The translations under genes were made by a program, and so were the position numbers. The notes beneath the pieces are model-generated. The model was given only the letters and a program-made list of their open reading frames with translations. It was not told where the DNA came from and ran no database searches. From a virus, in IMG/VR virus record IMGVR_UViG_3300027971_000039, positions 21,828 through 85,827 of that record: a stretch of 64,000 nt of DNA. The stretch is one strand, 5' to 3'. Below are positions 29,201-38,349 of the stretch, one piece after another (the first letter of the stretch is position 1; each line of letters begins with the position of its first letter).

Positions 29201-30111
29201 GTTAAATCACCATCAATTATTACACTATCGTCAAATGTTTTATCACCAGCAAAATTTTGTGATGTAGTAGAAACTACACCAGGATTTGTACTATCAGCTG
29301 GCTCAAGATTTAAAACTTGACCAGATAGAGTTGCGCCATCGGCATTGGGAGAAGACCCAACAGCACTCAAAGTAACTGGATCATGAGAAGATTGATCAAT
29401 TGTAATACCAGCAGCACCAGCATCAATTGTAGCAACGCCAGCTTGATTAGGTGCTTTTAATTGCCAACTATTGCGATCTGGAGTAACCTTAACAAATCCA
29501 GCAATAGCTAAATTTTCTTCTATTTCAATTCCAGCATCAGAAGCAGAAGCAGCTGCTCCTCCATAATTTATAGTTATGTTTTTATCTGTTACGTAAAGAA
29601 TATCACTTTGAACTAAAACAGTCGCACCGGGGGCACCGATGTTAATATTATCAGCAGTCGCGCCGATTGTAAGGGTATTGGTGGAAGAATCAATTCCACC
29701 TTTAGCATCAATTGCCCCTTCTACAATAACGTCATCATTAAATGTTTTATCACCAGCAAAGGTTTGGGCTGAAGTGGATACAGCACCGGGATTAAGCGCA
29801 TTTGCTTCATTTAAATTAATTTCTGTTCTAGAAATGTTACCATCTACAACACTAGTTAAACTAAGACCTTCTGGGCTATCTCCACCAAATGCACCTATTT
29901 GAAATCCACTATCAACCCAAAGAGAAGCGTCATCGTACCAAACGTAAACTCTACTAGTGTCTAAAACAATACGAGCATCACCCGGAGCGTTTCCTACTAA
30001 TGGCAAGGACGCTTCATCGGCTACAGGAGATTTCCATTGAACAGCACCAGCAGGACCACCTCCGCCCGTTAAATCGAAGCCCCCAAAAATCAAAGGATTA
30101 AAGCGCATCAT
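26281..30111 (-). CDS. large tail fibre/spike protein
   Basis: 1276 aa Gly/Thr/Ser-rich; repeated NPGxVSTxxQxFAGDKTF; THSLLSGLGNDDHIQY fibre motif. Confidence 0.75.
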   Translation of the reverse strand: MMRFNPLIFGGFDLTGGGGPAGAVQWKSPVADEASLPLVGNAPGDARIVLDTSRVYVWYDDASLWVDSGFQIGAFGGDSPEGLSLTSVVDGNISRTEINLNEANALNPGAVSTSAQTFAGDKTFNDDVIVEGAIDAKGGIDSSTNTLTIGATADNINIGAPGATVLVQSDILYVTDKNITINYGGAAASASDAGIEIEENLAIAGFVKVTPDRNSWQLKAPNQAGVATIDAGAAGITIDQSSHDPVTLSAVGSSPNADGATLSGQVLNLEPADSTNPGVVSTTSQNFAGDKTFDDSVIIDGDLTAQGSFVTLDSPDVNIGQIAGTTDIVGTVTIEYNPANPTDWAPAPDDVIEGLDQLANRFVSQNQVTKEPTGFPNRDDSVTSFSDTSPARTFTIAPTGASFDFYVKGAKFTKTTTQSIQIPNLAGNHYIYFNDSGTLSSTQILGSELFENNALVSIVYWNTDTNSRSYFAEERHGLTMDGATHTYLHTVFGARYLSGLALQNFSVDGTGNLAANAQFDADEGKIRDEDILIEILPQAQIPVLYRQGQLWRKKPADAYPVIYSGTAGYTGANGRLPYNQFTGGSWQFTQVTNNDYVLVHFFATNDKDSPVVGIQGINQYNNVTDARNAASTEITSLSGLPFAEFVALGTVVFQTADGYTNDPQARIRSVNGGDYVDFRGTQLYTPAGEATTHSLLSGLGNDDHIQYLLASGTRTMSGALNMGTHQINNVVDGVAADDAATVGQVEAAVTGNASYFAGFDSTTGILTEVPGYTFDDVGSLQIGAQNSLTIPAGVPEYISVSISPSVSNIGLVNLSAVQVNSPINEPVDNYTPIQVYGYGTSAPTNFNAYNSQTSYTGVGTNITHYLASGSSDCTGEAIAFRHDGTGDAGTIRSVQLIPSGDATTIEGVSFAPTGTYTDVTGLKVDLSSATITNRPVGLDINGGTLNSNVSFTTVSNIPSLVDSGNVIRPVFEVEAGSAITNTDVILNNMAGFMNFNDDYNKNTTVGLGAVSVGFVSQVAAASGALVEEVSMNLSALAIDSTSAGGTITDAHLYKGLVANFGGSLSITNLYGLRIDGGSNVLSSNATNAWGISIEDTGAENYLGKSLKIGGVSKATSNAEIAIEIGSNTSIRVGLATTAQRIALTNLSGLVIYDTDLDKFFGNDGSQWIQLNLSIGDIDQTSFPAVDNQSSAANITSFVFANAVTRGFEAIVTVERSSTYAEYTLKGIQKGASWEMSQDYIGDDTGVVFSITSAGQIQYTSTSTGSGATIKFRANTV

Positions 30112-30851
30112 AAAAGTTCCTTCGGAATTTTATTATTTTTTTTAATATTATCAACTGCCCATAATGGTTGTAGGTTTGTATAGTGGCAGCATTCAAAGAA
30201 TTTTTCTTCTGATATTTTAATTGCAACGCTTAATGGAAATATATGGTCAATATGCCACTCACCATAGTTTTCCCAAGACATACCGGGGTAAAATTTATTT
30301 TCTATATGAGCTTTAAATGTTTTAAAATCACAGCCCAATTTTTTACTTTTAGATTTTAAATTATTTTTTCTAATCATATGTGCAACTCTAGTTCTTGCGT
30401 ATTTTATTGCTCTAGCACATGGATCTTCTTTTAATCTTTTTTTAATGTATTGTTTTTTCTTTTCTCTTCTTTTGATTAGTTTTTCTTCTGTGTCTCCGCC
30501 TTGCCAATTATTAGCCTGTTCTTTTGTTTTACCCAATTTAGCTAATCTCATTTTTTCTCTAACAACTGGATCTTTAGCTGGGTTTTCAAACATATTTCTA
30601 TATTTTAAGCAGTCGGATAATTTTCTTTTTTTAATCTTTTCTTTTTTTGGTCTAGGTGGTTTATTCTTTTCTGCACAAGATTGACAATTTCCACTATTAT
30701 TGTCTTTAATTATATTCCAAGCCTGAGCATAAGAAATTTCTCTTTTATTAGAACAAGTCAAACATGTCACAATAAAACGAGTTTTACGTTTATTAATAGT
30801 GGGGTCTATCGGAGTTACTATATCTTTGTATTTATCCCACAAATTAATCAC
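30108..30851 (-). CDS. free-standing HNH homing endonuclease
   Basis: MSWENYGEWHIDHIFPLS...HYTNLQPLWAVDN; N-terminal CxxC pairs; AT-rich relative to flanks. Confidence 0.8.
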   Translation of the reverse strand: MINLWDKYKDIVTPIDPTINKRKTRFIVTCLTCSNKREISYAQAWNIIKDNNSGNCQSCAEKNKPPRPKKEKIKKRKLSDCLKYRNMFENPAKDPVVREKMRLAKLGKTKEQANNWQGGDTEEKLIKRREKKKQYIKKRLKEDPCARAIKYARTRVAHMIRKNNLKSKSKKLGCDFKTFKAHIENKFYPGMSWENYGEWHIDHIFPLSVAIKISEEKFFECCHYTNLQPLWAVDNIKKNNKIPKELL

Positions 30852-30861
30852 AAATCACCTA

Positions 30862-31131
30862 TTAGGAAATACGTTCAGCAGAAATCATTTGTGCTCTAGT
30901 GCCGTCTGTATAAATAATTCTTAAAGAGTAAAGAGCAGTTCCACTTTCTGAAAAACTGTAGGTTTCTGTGTCGTTTGCAATAGTAGTTGTTGAAATAGCT
31001 AATTCAACTTTACGTCCAATTTTACCAGTCAAAAAACCATCAACACTAAGAGTTGCGTTAACATCGTTGTATGAACTCTGCATCGTTTGTTCATAATCAA
31101 GGTGGGATAATGGCTTTTGAGTAATGGACAT
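30862..31131 (-). CDS. small virion protein with LDxxQ N-terminal motif
   Basis: SHLDYEQTMQSSYND. Confidence 0.6.
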   Translation of the reverse strand: MSITQKPLSHLDYEQTMQSSYNDVNATLSVDGFLTGKIGRKVELAISTTTIANDTETYSFSESGTALYSLRIIYTDGTRAQMISAERIS

Positions 31132-31132
31132 A

Positions 31133-31297
31133 TTATTTACCTTTTTTCATTGTAGCTTTTGTCTTTGAGAACTTGCGAGATTTACCTGCTGAACTTAATG
31201 AAGCAGCAACCGCTTGCTTACGGGGATAACCAGCCTTGATCATTTCTCTAATATTCTCACTGATCGTTTCTTGGCTCTTTCCCTTTTTGAGCGGCAT
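31133..31297 (-). CDS. small basic protein (54 aa, not in ORF track)
   Basis: [54 protein letters not shown]; GAGG RBS; fills gap exactly. Confidence 0.8.
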   Translation of the reverse strand: MPLKKGKSQETISENIREMIKAGYPRKQAVAASLSSAGKSRKFSKTKATMKKGK

Positions 31298-31725
31298 TAT
31301 TTAATCCTCTGTTTGATGAGATATTGGCGAGCTTCAGAAACTGTTCCAATGTCGCTTAAAAGATTCTGACAACCAGAACTATAACCACCTTGCTTTACAA
31401 GCATATCCACCATAGAACAAAGTTCTTTTTCCTTACCAAGAAGGATAGTAAAGTATTCTTTGTTTTCCTTTACTTGTGAAGGCATTCCTTGCATGGAGGA
31501 CATAACCATTTGCATTACTTGGTTAATGTCGTATGATCCATAGAGAGATACATACTTCTCACCAGCACGGTCATATTCACCTTGTAAAGCTTCGTAGAAA
31601 TCACCAAGAGCATCGTGATCTTGAAAAAAGAGGGAACCTTTTACATTGTGGTGCATAGCTTGTGATATAATTTGCATCATTCGGAGTTGGGCAACAAGTT
31701 TAAGGAATAGCTCTTGTGGATTCAT
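31297..31725 (-). CDS. ferritin/Dps-like four-helix bundle protein
   Basis: [22 protein letters not shown]...DRAGE matches Dps HWNVxG...H...E...D..AE pattern. Confidence 0.75.
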   Translation of the reverse strand: MNPQELFLKLVAQLRMMQIISQAMHHNVKGSLFFQDHDALGDFYEALQGEYDRAGEKYVSLYGSYDINQVMQMVMSSMQGMPSQVKENKEYFTILLGKEKELCSMVDMLVKQGGYSSGCQNLLSDIGTVSEARQYLIKQRIK

Positions 31726-31740
31726 ATTTTAATTTCTCCA

Positions 31741-33528
31741 TTAAGCGTTTATAAATGTTGTATATTGCCACGTGTTTGTTGAAGTATTGTGCGTATACAA
31801 TCTTCCTGCTGATATACCAATTTGACTTGCTGTTACATTACCTGTTGCACCTGTTAAAATACCATCATTTAAAAATGAATCTATTCTTAATATAGCGGGA
31901 ATATATAAACCAGAAATTCCAGCTGATTTAGCTCTTTTTTGTTGTCCTACTTCTGTTTGTAATACGTTTATTGAACAATTTCCATTAAAATAAATAGTGC
32001 CTAAAATGGGGTTTATATTTCCGGTTGCTGCGTTATATGTTGATAAGGCTCTTATACCACACCCCATACCAAAATATATAGCACTAGGACTACCTTTACT
32101 TACACCAGCAAGAGCGCCTCCACCCATTGCAATTATATTATTAATCAATGCATAACCTTTAAATACAATCGTCCCAGCATTTCCACCAGTAACACCAGCA
32201 AAACTAGATGGCGTACCATATGCTTGTATTTGTCCTATAACACAAGAACCACCTATATAAACAGGACCGCCCTTTCCTCCTTTTGCAACAGTTGCGTTAG
32301 CACTAGAAAGAACACTTCCGCCATATGTTTGAATAAGACCAAATACTTCATCAGAAGTACTAGAAGAAAGAGTACCCGCATAAAAATTACCATTGATAAA
32401 AACTTTCCCACCATCTCCAGGGGAAAGAGATGTAGTTCCATTTCCCCCTGTATTTACAAAATTGCAATGCCCCGATACACTGCCATAAATCATTATACTA
32501 CCAGCATTTCCACCATTAAAACTATTACCTGAAGCGTACACATATAAACTAGGATTGGGGCTAGTATCAGTAGTTATGTTACCACCAACAGTTAAATTAC
32601 CACCGTTAGCCTTACTTAAAGAAGAAGTTGTTGTGTCAGCACCCAAAGAAATAACATTACTATAAACATAATTGGTGGCATAAATAGAACCATTGACAAT
32701 TAAATTATTTCCAGCTTGTGTTGATCTTCCTCTAAATGTATAACTTTCAGAAAGAGTATAAGTAAGAGTAAAAGAATCACCTACAGCAAAAGGCGGGATT
32801 CCACTATCACCAACATAAATTTCATTTGAACCAACAATTTCGATATTATTAGAAAAAGATTGCCCCGATAGTGCGCCAGAAGTAAATGTAACCGTTAAAT
32901 AATAATTATAATAAGTTAAGTTGATATTTTTTAAAACATAGGGATCAAATACATTGCTAATAATTAACGTTAAATCTCCCATTGAAGGTGAGGGAAAAAT
33001 AGATCCCAAATTACTCGATCCAACACCAGCTGTACTGCTTCCAACTGTTGTTGTTGTTGTTCTAGATGTAGTATTAAGTTGTCCTAAATAATAATCACCA
33101 TCAATTGTTAAGGTTTGTTGTGTTGTTGTACTATAATCAAAACCATTAGAAACACGAACATCACCCCTAATTGTAACAGCTGGAGAACCAGAAGTAAAAA
33201 CATCACCCAAAACAGTAAAATCGCCATTAATAGTGACAGACGCACCACTAAGAGTACAATCACCTAAAACAAGAACAGAACCATTATATGTTCCTGTCAA
33301 AACAGCCCCTGCTGGAAGAACATTCGAATTCCCCCCAGTAAGCAAACTCCATTTTCCAGCAGCAAGATCAGTTGCAAATGATAAACTAGATGTATGAGCG
33401 ATTAAACACAAATACAACGCATTACTTTGAATCACTATTTGATTTAAAATATAAGATTGACCAGAGGCCCATATTGTTGCTAGTTCTTGACTAGAAGTAA
33501 AGTGTTGTAAGGTTCTATTAAATGCCAT
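31741..33528 (-). CDS. tail spike/fibre with N-terminal CBM5/12-like module and Gly-rich beta region
   Basis: WASGQSY...LYLCLIAHTS...GKW; repeated GGxGGxVxI. Confidence 0.65.
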   Translation of the reverse strand: MAFNRTLQHFTSSQELATIWASGQSYILNQIVIQSNALYLCLIAHTSSLSFATDLAAGKWSLLTGGNSNVLPAGAVLTGTYNGSVLVLGDCTLSGASVTINGDFTVLGDVFTSGSPAVTIRGDVRVSNGFDYSTTTQQTLTIDGDYYLGQLNTTSRTTTTTVGSSTAGVGSSNLGSIFPSPSMGDLTLIISNVFDPYVLKNINLTYYNYYLTVTFTSGALSGQSFSNNIEIVGSNEIYVGDSGIPPFAVGDSFTLTYTLSESYTFRGRSTQAGNNLIVNGSIYATNYVYSNVISLGADTTTSSLSKANGGNLTVGGNITTDTSPNPSLYVYASGNSFNGGNAGSIMIYGSVSGHCNFVNTGGNGTTSLSPGDGGKVFINGNFYAGTLSSSTSDEVFGLIQTYGGSVLSSANATVAKGGKGGPVYIGGSCVIGQIQAYGTPSSFAGVTGGNAGTIVFKGYALINNIIAMGGGALAGVSKGSPSAIYFGMGCGIRALSTYNAATGNINPILGTIYFNGNCSINVLQTEVGQQKRAKSAGISGLYIPAILRIDSFLNDGILTGATGNVTASQIGISAGRLYTHNTSTNTWQYTTFINA

Positions 33529-33922
33529 TTTCTTCTCCAGTTACAATCGGTTTAACCACCAAAGAATCTTCTTGTTGAATCGGTACTTCGGTTGGTGTTT
33601 CGTTAACAAGCTCGGGTTCTAATGCCACTTTTGGTTCAAACCAAGGAATATGTGGATTTTGCTGTGCCGTTGTTGGGACAACCCATCCATTTTCTTCGTC
33701 TGTAATTGTTTTTTTTGTGCTATCGTTTATTTTAGTTCCGTCAAAATTTAACCCTAAAAGTGCCCTAGATTCTTTTAATAAAAACACAACGCGCTCGTAA
33801 TTTTGTTCAGATACTTCACATTGTGTTGTTTCTTCGGCACGAACAGCGATACCAAGCGAATCACAAATATGGTTACCGTTAATATCTACTATGTATTCAT
33901 TTTTAAAAATTGTAATTTTCAT
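33518..33922 (-). CDS. hypothetical protein (possible fibre chaperone)
   Basis: 134 aa, directly after tail-collar gene. Confidence 0.55.
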   Translation of the reverse strand: MKITIFKNEYIVDINGNHICDSLGIAVRAEETTQCEVSEQNYERVVFLLKESRALLGLNFDGTKINDSTKKTITDEENGWVVPTTAQQNPHIPWFEPKVALEPELVNETPTEVPIQQEDSLVVKPIVTGEENGI

Positions 33923-33926
33923 AATA

Positions 33927-34640
33927 TTATACTTTAATTATGTAGTTAACATAAGCATTTTTAGGGCGGGTTTCATTTCCACCGTCAGATGGAACAACAG
34001 TTGCACTAGGTCCGCTTGTCCCAGGAGACTCAGAAACAACAACAGTTGCACTAGGTCCGCTTGTTCCTGGTGCTTCTGAACTAATGATAGTACCGGATGC
34101 GGCATTTACAGTTACTTGCGTATCGGCCTGATTTTGAGTAGTAGTTTGTACGCCGGTTCTAGATATCGTTCCAGATACAGCACCAGCAGCTTGTCTTATT
34201 GTATGATTGTGGTTACCACCACCATGGCTGTGCGCGTTTACTGTATGACTATGACTACCACCACCGTGGCTGTGTGCATTTACAGTGTGGCTGTGGCTAC
34301 CACCACCATGATTGTGAGAAGAAAAATTTTCACTTTGTATAGAACTGACACTATTCCCGGTATTTCCACCAGCATTCATTGCTGTTCTTGTTAATTTATC
34401 GGGGTCATTTGAAGAAACACCAGAAACACCACGTAAAAAAACACCCCTATAATCAGGGACATTAAAAGTCGTTGCATTGTCCCCATATCCACAAGAAACA
34501 CCTATAGCTAAAAATAATCTAGAATAAACCGATCTACTTACGGCAGACCCATTACAAATTAACCACCCATCGGGCGCAGTTGCCCCAGCATATGGTAAAA
34601 CTATTCCAGCTGGAAAAACATCATTTACTAAAAAACTCAT
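33927..34640 (-). CDS. tail collar domain fibre protein with His-x-His tip repeats
   Basis: PAGIVLPYAG..APDGWLICNG..VSRSVYSRLF..IG; FNVPDYRGVFLRG; ETRPKNAYVNYIIK. Confidence 0.9.
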   Translation of the reverse strand: MSFLVNDVFPAGIVLPYAGATAPDGWLICNGSAVSRSVYSRLFLAIGVSCGYGDNATTFNVPDYRGVFLRGVSGVSSNDPDKLTRTAMNAGGNTGNSVSSIQSENFSSHNHGGGSHSHTVNAHSHGGGSHSHTVNAHSHGGGNHNHTIRQAAGAVSGTISRTGVQTTTQNQADTQVTVNAASGTIISSEAPGTSGPSATVVVSESPGTSGPSATVVPSDGGNETRPKNAYVNYIIKV

Positions 34641-34649
34641 AATTCACCA

Positions 34650-36317
34650 TTAAATTAAATAAAAGTTAGTTCCATTACTAGTAATTGTTAATGAATCGTA
34701 TTGTGAAAAAATTACTCTAGAAGCAGATCCATCAATTGTACCACTTGGTGGGCTGATTGTAATAACACCAGCACCAGCATCAACTTTCTTGATATTAAAA
34801 ATTTTACCAGCTGTGGGGGCGGGGAGTGTTATAGTAATCCCACCAACACCACCTGTTGCTAGAACAATACTATTACCGTTTGTTAGAATTGTATTAGATG
34901 AGACAGAGGTTACATTGGCATAAACAAAAGCATCAACTTCTGATGTAATTTTTACAGCAGTTGATCCACCTGCGCCATTAATAACCATTCTGTCAGATGC
35001 ACAAGCGGTTCCAACAGGAACAACCCATTGCCCAGCATTACTAGGTGCTGTTTGTGTATAAGCGCCCGGAGTTAGAGCATCAACGAAAACAGATTGACCG
35101 ATGGTGAAACTTGCACCAGCAATTGTTATCTCTCCGCCAACCTGTACGCGGGAGGTATCAAGAGCTACACCAATAAAACCAATCTTATTATCATCACCAG
35201 CGTCAATTAATTGAGCGTTTCCTGAAGAATCTAGATAAACTGGTTTACCCGCTGCAACACCGGCCCCAGCACCAACAACGTTGATTGTAGAAGATCCGCT
35301 ACCAGAGCCGCCGACAACATACCATCTAGCGTCTGTAGAATTATAGATTAAGAAAAGAGATGCTCCGTTTTCTAGTGAAACAGCACCACCTGTTCCTGTA
35401 ACAACCCTATCAACAGCGGTTGCAGAACCAGATTGATTTTGAACTATTACATTAGCGCCCGTTAGATTAGAAAGAACAAGGTGCTGTCCATTTAATCCTG
35501 CTGCAATACCATTAATTGTTCCAGAACCACTATTTAAACGAGCAAAAGATTTTGTTGTAGTTATGGTAGAAGAAACACCAAGACTCTGCATTTCAGTACG
35601 AAGAAATCCCGAAGTAACAGCGTTTGCTACAGTACCAACGGTAGTAACACCCAAACTATCAATTGTAACTTCACCTGAAACAGTGGTTGCTGTGGGGATG
35701 CTAGATGCATTGCCTAATAGAATTTGTGCAGAGGAAAGAATGACATCAGTAAGAACACCAGACGCATTGTTAAGAACAACAGAATTAACAGTACCAGAAG
35801 CTAGTTTGCTTCGCGCAATGTTCGCTCCTACTTTAATATCACCATCTTCAATGTTTGAGAGAGTATTTAAATCAGCATCAATTGTTTTATTTGTAAGAAT
35901 CGCGTTGTGTGCTTCTGTTACAATAGACGAGGCAGTTAAACCATTGTGATAATTTAACACACCAGTCGACGGTCTTACAATAGTGTGAGTTCCAGTTCCC
36001 TGAGAAGATAAATTTTCAGCAGACCCACCCGATGATAATGATACTTGAAATGTATTTGCTGTTGCAGAAATTATGTAATAGTTAGTAGACGATACAAGCG
36101 GGGAAGGAAGAGTGCCTGAAGAAGAAAAATTAACAATATCATTATTACTAAAACCATGTGAATTTATTGTTATAAATTCTGTGGATATGTTTACAGCTGC
36201 TGGTGCAAATTGTCTTGATGTATAAGAAACATCAAGATCTCCTTTTTCGCTTGCAGTTGAAGCAGCTTTAGGTACGATCCTCAATCCTTCAATAAATTTA
36301 CGAAAATTTAATGCCAT
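34650..36317 (-). CDS. tail fibre/structural protein
   Basis: 555 aa Ser/Gly/Thr-rich; LTNKTIDAD fibre motif; C-terminal ITLPAP...IKKVD...IDG module. Confidence 0.7.
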   Translation of the reverse strand: MALNFRKFIEGLRIVPKAASTASEKGDLDVSYTSRQFAPAAVNISTEFITINSHGFSNNDIVNFSSSGTLPSPLVSSTNYYIISATANTFQVSLSSGGSAENLSSQGTGTHTIVRPSTGVLNYHNGLTASSIVTEAHNAILTNKTIDADLNTLSNIEDGDIKVGANIARSKLASGTVNSVVLNNASGVLTDVILSSAQILLGNASSIPTATTVSGEVTIDSLGVTTVGTVANAVTSGFLRTEMQSLGVSSTITTTKSFARLNSGSGTINGIAAGLNGQHLVLSNLTGANVIVQNQSGSATAVDRVVTGTGGAVSLENGASLFLIYNSTDARWYVVGGSGSGSSTINVVGAGAGVAAGKPVYLDSSGNAQLIDAGDDNKIGFIGVALDTSRVQVGGEITIAGASFTIGQSVFVDALTPGAYTQTAPSNAGQWVVPVGTACASDRMVINGAGGSTAVKITSEVDAFVYANVTSVSSNTILTNGNSIVLATGGVGGITITLPAPTAGKIFNIKKVDAGAGVITISPPSGTIDGSASRVIFSQYDSLTITSNGTNFYLI

Positions 36318-36326
36318 GTAAGCCTC

Positions 36327-36788
36327 TTAACTTTGCTGTAAGGTTTGAGCGGAGAAGCTAACCTTACCTGAACTATATCCCGCTAATGTTGGGGTTGTGA
36401 GTTGAACTTGACCAGCTGAAGTTATATTAAACGTACAATCAGCATCACCAACATAATCTCTTGTTAATGTCCAAGCTGAACCATCATAAACTACTGTAAT
36501 ATTACCAGCTTCACTAACAGTTGAACTTCCAATCCGGATTACGGCGTATTTAATATAACCAGCACGAACCGCAGAAGTTGGAAAGTTTAAATCTGTAATG
36601 TCTAAATTTGTGTTAACATCGCTAACTAAGTTAAATACTTGAGGTGCAATGTCGTATGGCCCAACAGCAGATAAGAGAGCCTGTTCTGTGGCTTGGGCAA
36701 ATTCAATAACTGCCGGAGCCCAATTAGGTGACTCTCCAGAGGAGGGAAATTCAATGGGCGTGCCCTGAATAGTAATTGTTACACTCAT
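36327..36788 (-). CDS. virion structural protein
   Basis: 153 aa; C-domain resembles C-terminus of the 1276 aa fibre. Confidence 0.65.
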   Translation of the reverse strand: MSVTITIQGTPIEFPSSGESPNWAPAVIEFAQATEQALLSAVGPYDIAPQVFNLVSDVNTNLDITDLNFPTSAVRAGYIKYAVIRIGSSTVSEAGNITVVYDGSAWTLTRDYVGDADCTFNITSAGQVQLTTPTLAGYSSGKVSFSAQTLQQS

Positions 36789-36820
36789 ACTTTTATAGTT
36801 GTTAAATACTCAAAATTATA

Positions 36821-38248
36821 TTATTTTTTATATACTAGGCGTAGTTTACCACAATCATATACTCGGTATAGACCATCTTTTAGAGAGTGTTCATGCTCAG
36901 TCATTCCAATTGGAGTATTCACCAACGCCTTTTGTCTAGATTGTTTGGATATAATGATCGCTTTCTTAGAGTCATAATAAAAATAATCTGGAGGTAGTAT
37001 CCCATCTAAAACCCAGCCATTTTTAATCCAAGAAGATCCATTGGACCACCTTAAATCAATCCATGTAATAAGTTCACTATATTTATTGCTTGCAAATTTA
37101 GTTAATTTAGTAATTCCACCAGCAACAGTATAGTTTTCCTTTACACAATACCTACTAATGACATATTCTTTGTTTTTTCTATGATGCTTTCCGATTGTAA
37201 TTACAGACAGTAATTCGTCGTTAAAGTATAAACCAATTGCTTCTATAAATGAACACGACCCTAAAATGTGATATTGATTTAAAAAATACTTAGCTTCTTT
37301 TTTAGGAACTTGTCTTATTTCACATTCCCTTCCGTATATTCTTATTTCATTTTTACCTAATTTAGATCGTAGAAAGGACTTTACTTGATTGCATTTATTC
37401 TTCCATTCAAAATCAAATATATGAATTAAATCCAACCCAGCTTCTTTTGCTATATTTGTTTTATCTAGGTGATATTTAGGATACATTTTTTTATTGTATT
37501 CTGAATGCCAAAAAGCACCGTTATATTCAATAGCTATATTATACTCTTTAATTTTTAAATCAATTTGTTTTGGGTTTTTTCCACCAATAAAAGAAGATTC
37601 TGCTGTAATACCAATAGATTCTAGCCATTTTTTTATTTGTAGTTCGCCTTCCGATACAAAGAAATTACCATTTTGTAATAGTGTATTTAGATATTTTTCT
37701 TTTGTTTCTGGTAAAGACGCTGGATTCTCTACTCCATATTTTTTTAAATTCGACTCTTTTAAGCCCAATTTAATTTTTTCAGAAAACATGGGATTAGATA
37801 CACCATGATTTGTAATGGTTGTTGAAATTTGTTTTTTTCTTAATTCTGGACTATGCATGGGGGATTCAACCCCATAATTAGACTTTAATGTGTTTTTTGA
37901 TTTGTTGAGAAACTCTTTATTTTGTAGTGCGTGTTCAACGCCATACTTTTCTTTCATTGTAGAGCGAGCTTTTTTACGCACTTCTACAGCGGCACCGGCA
38001 TTAGCAACTCCATATTTTGATAGGTTGGTGGATTCTCTGCGTTTTTTAACAGAGTTCGGATGCGTGCTTGCGTTTGCTTGTTGTAAAGCCTTAAAAGAAG
38101 ATACAAATTCACCGAATTCATCATCAATAAAGATCAATTTAGTATCTTTATTATATATATCTAATTGATTTAATTTGAGTTTAACTCCATCTGGAGTCCA
38201 ATATTTACTTTCATTTCTTTTTTGAATTACACCTTTGGGTCTTGCCAT
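36821..38248 (-). CDS. free-standing Hef-like homing endonuclease
   Basis: Five (K/N)(Y/H)GVx repeats, SEGE...IDLKI..YNIAIEYNGAFWH nuclease motif, LIHIFDFEW, C-terminal RVYDCG. Confidence 0.8.
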   Translation of the reverse strand: MARPKGVIQKRNESKYWTPDGVKLKLNQLDIYNKDTKLIFIDDEFGEFVSSFKALQQANASTHPNSVKKRRESTNLSKYGVANAGAAVEVRKKARSTMKEKYGVEHALQNKEFLNKSKNTLKSNYGVESPMHSPELRKKQISTTITNHGVSNPMFSEKIKLGLKESNLKKYGVENPASLPETKEKYLNTLLQNGNFFVSEGELQIKKWLESIGITAESSFIGGKNPKQIDLKIKEYNIAIEYNGAFWHSEYNKKMYPKYHLDKTNIAKEAGLDLIHIFDFEWKNKCNQVKSFLRSKLGKNEIRIYGRECEIRQVPKKEAKYFLNQYHILGSCSFIEAIGLYFNDELLSVITIGKHHRKNKEYVISRYCVKENYTVAGGITKLTKFASNKYSELITWIDLRWSNGSSWIKNGWVLDGILPPDYFYYDSKKAIIISKQSRQKALVNTPIGMTEHEHSLKDGLYRVYDCGKLRLVYKK

Positions 38249-38254
38249 AATTTT

Positions 38255-38283
38255 ATTGTATATTGGTTAAGCTGTGTTTTCAA
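38255..38283 (-). promoter_or_regulatory. sigma70-type promoter, leaderless start of Hef-like gene
   Basis: TTGAAA-17 nt-TACAAT-6 nt-ATG. Confidence 0.65.
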
Positions 38284-38299
38284 GATTGAGAAAGAAAAT

Positions 38300-38335
38300 A
38301 AAAAAGAAGGAGGATACAATTAAGTATCCCCCTTC
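38300..38335 (-). terminator. intrinsic terminator after major capsid gene
   Basis: GAAGGGGGATAC/GTATCCTCCTTC hairpin followed by TTTTTT. Confidence 0.85.
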
Positions 38336-38349
38336 CCCAATGTTACTGA

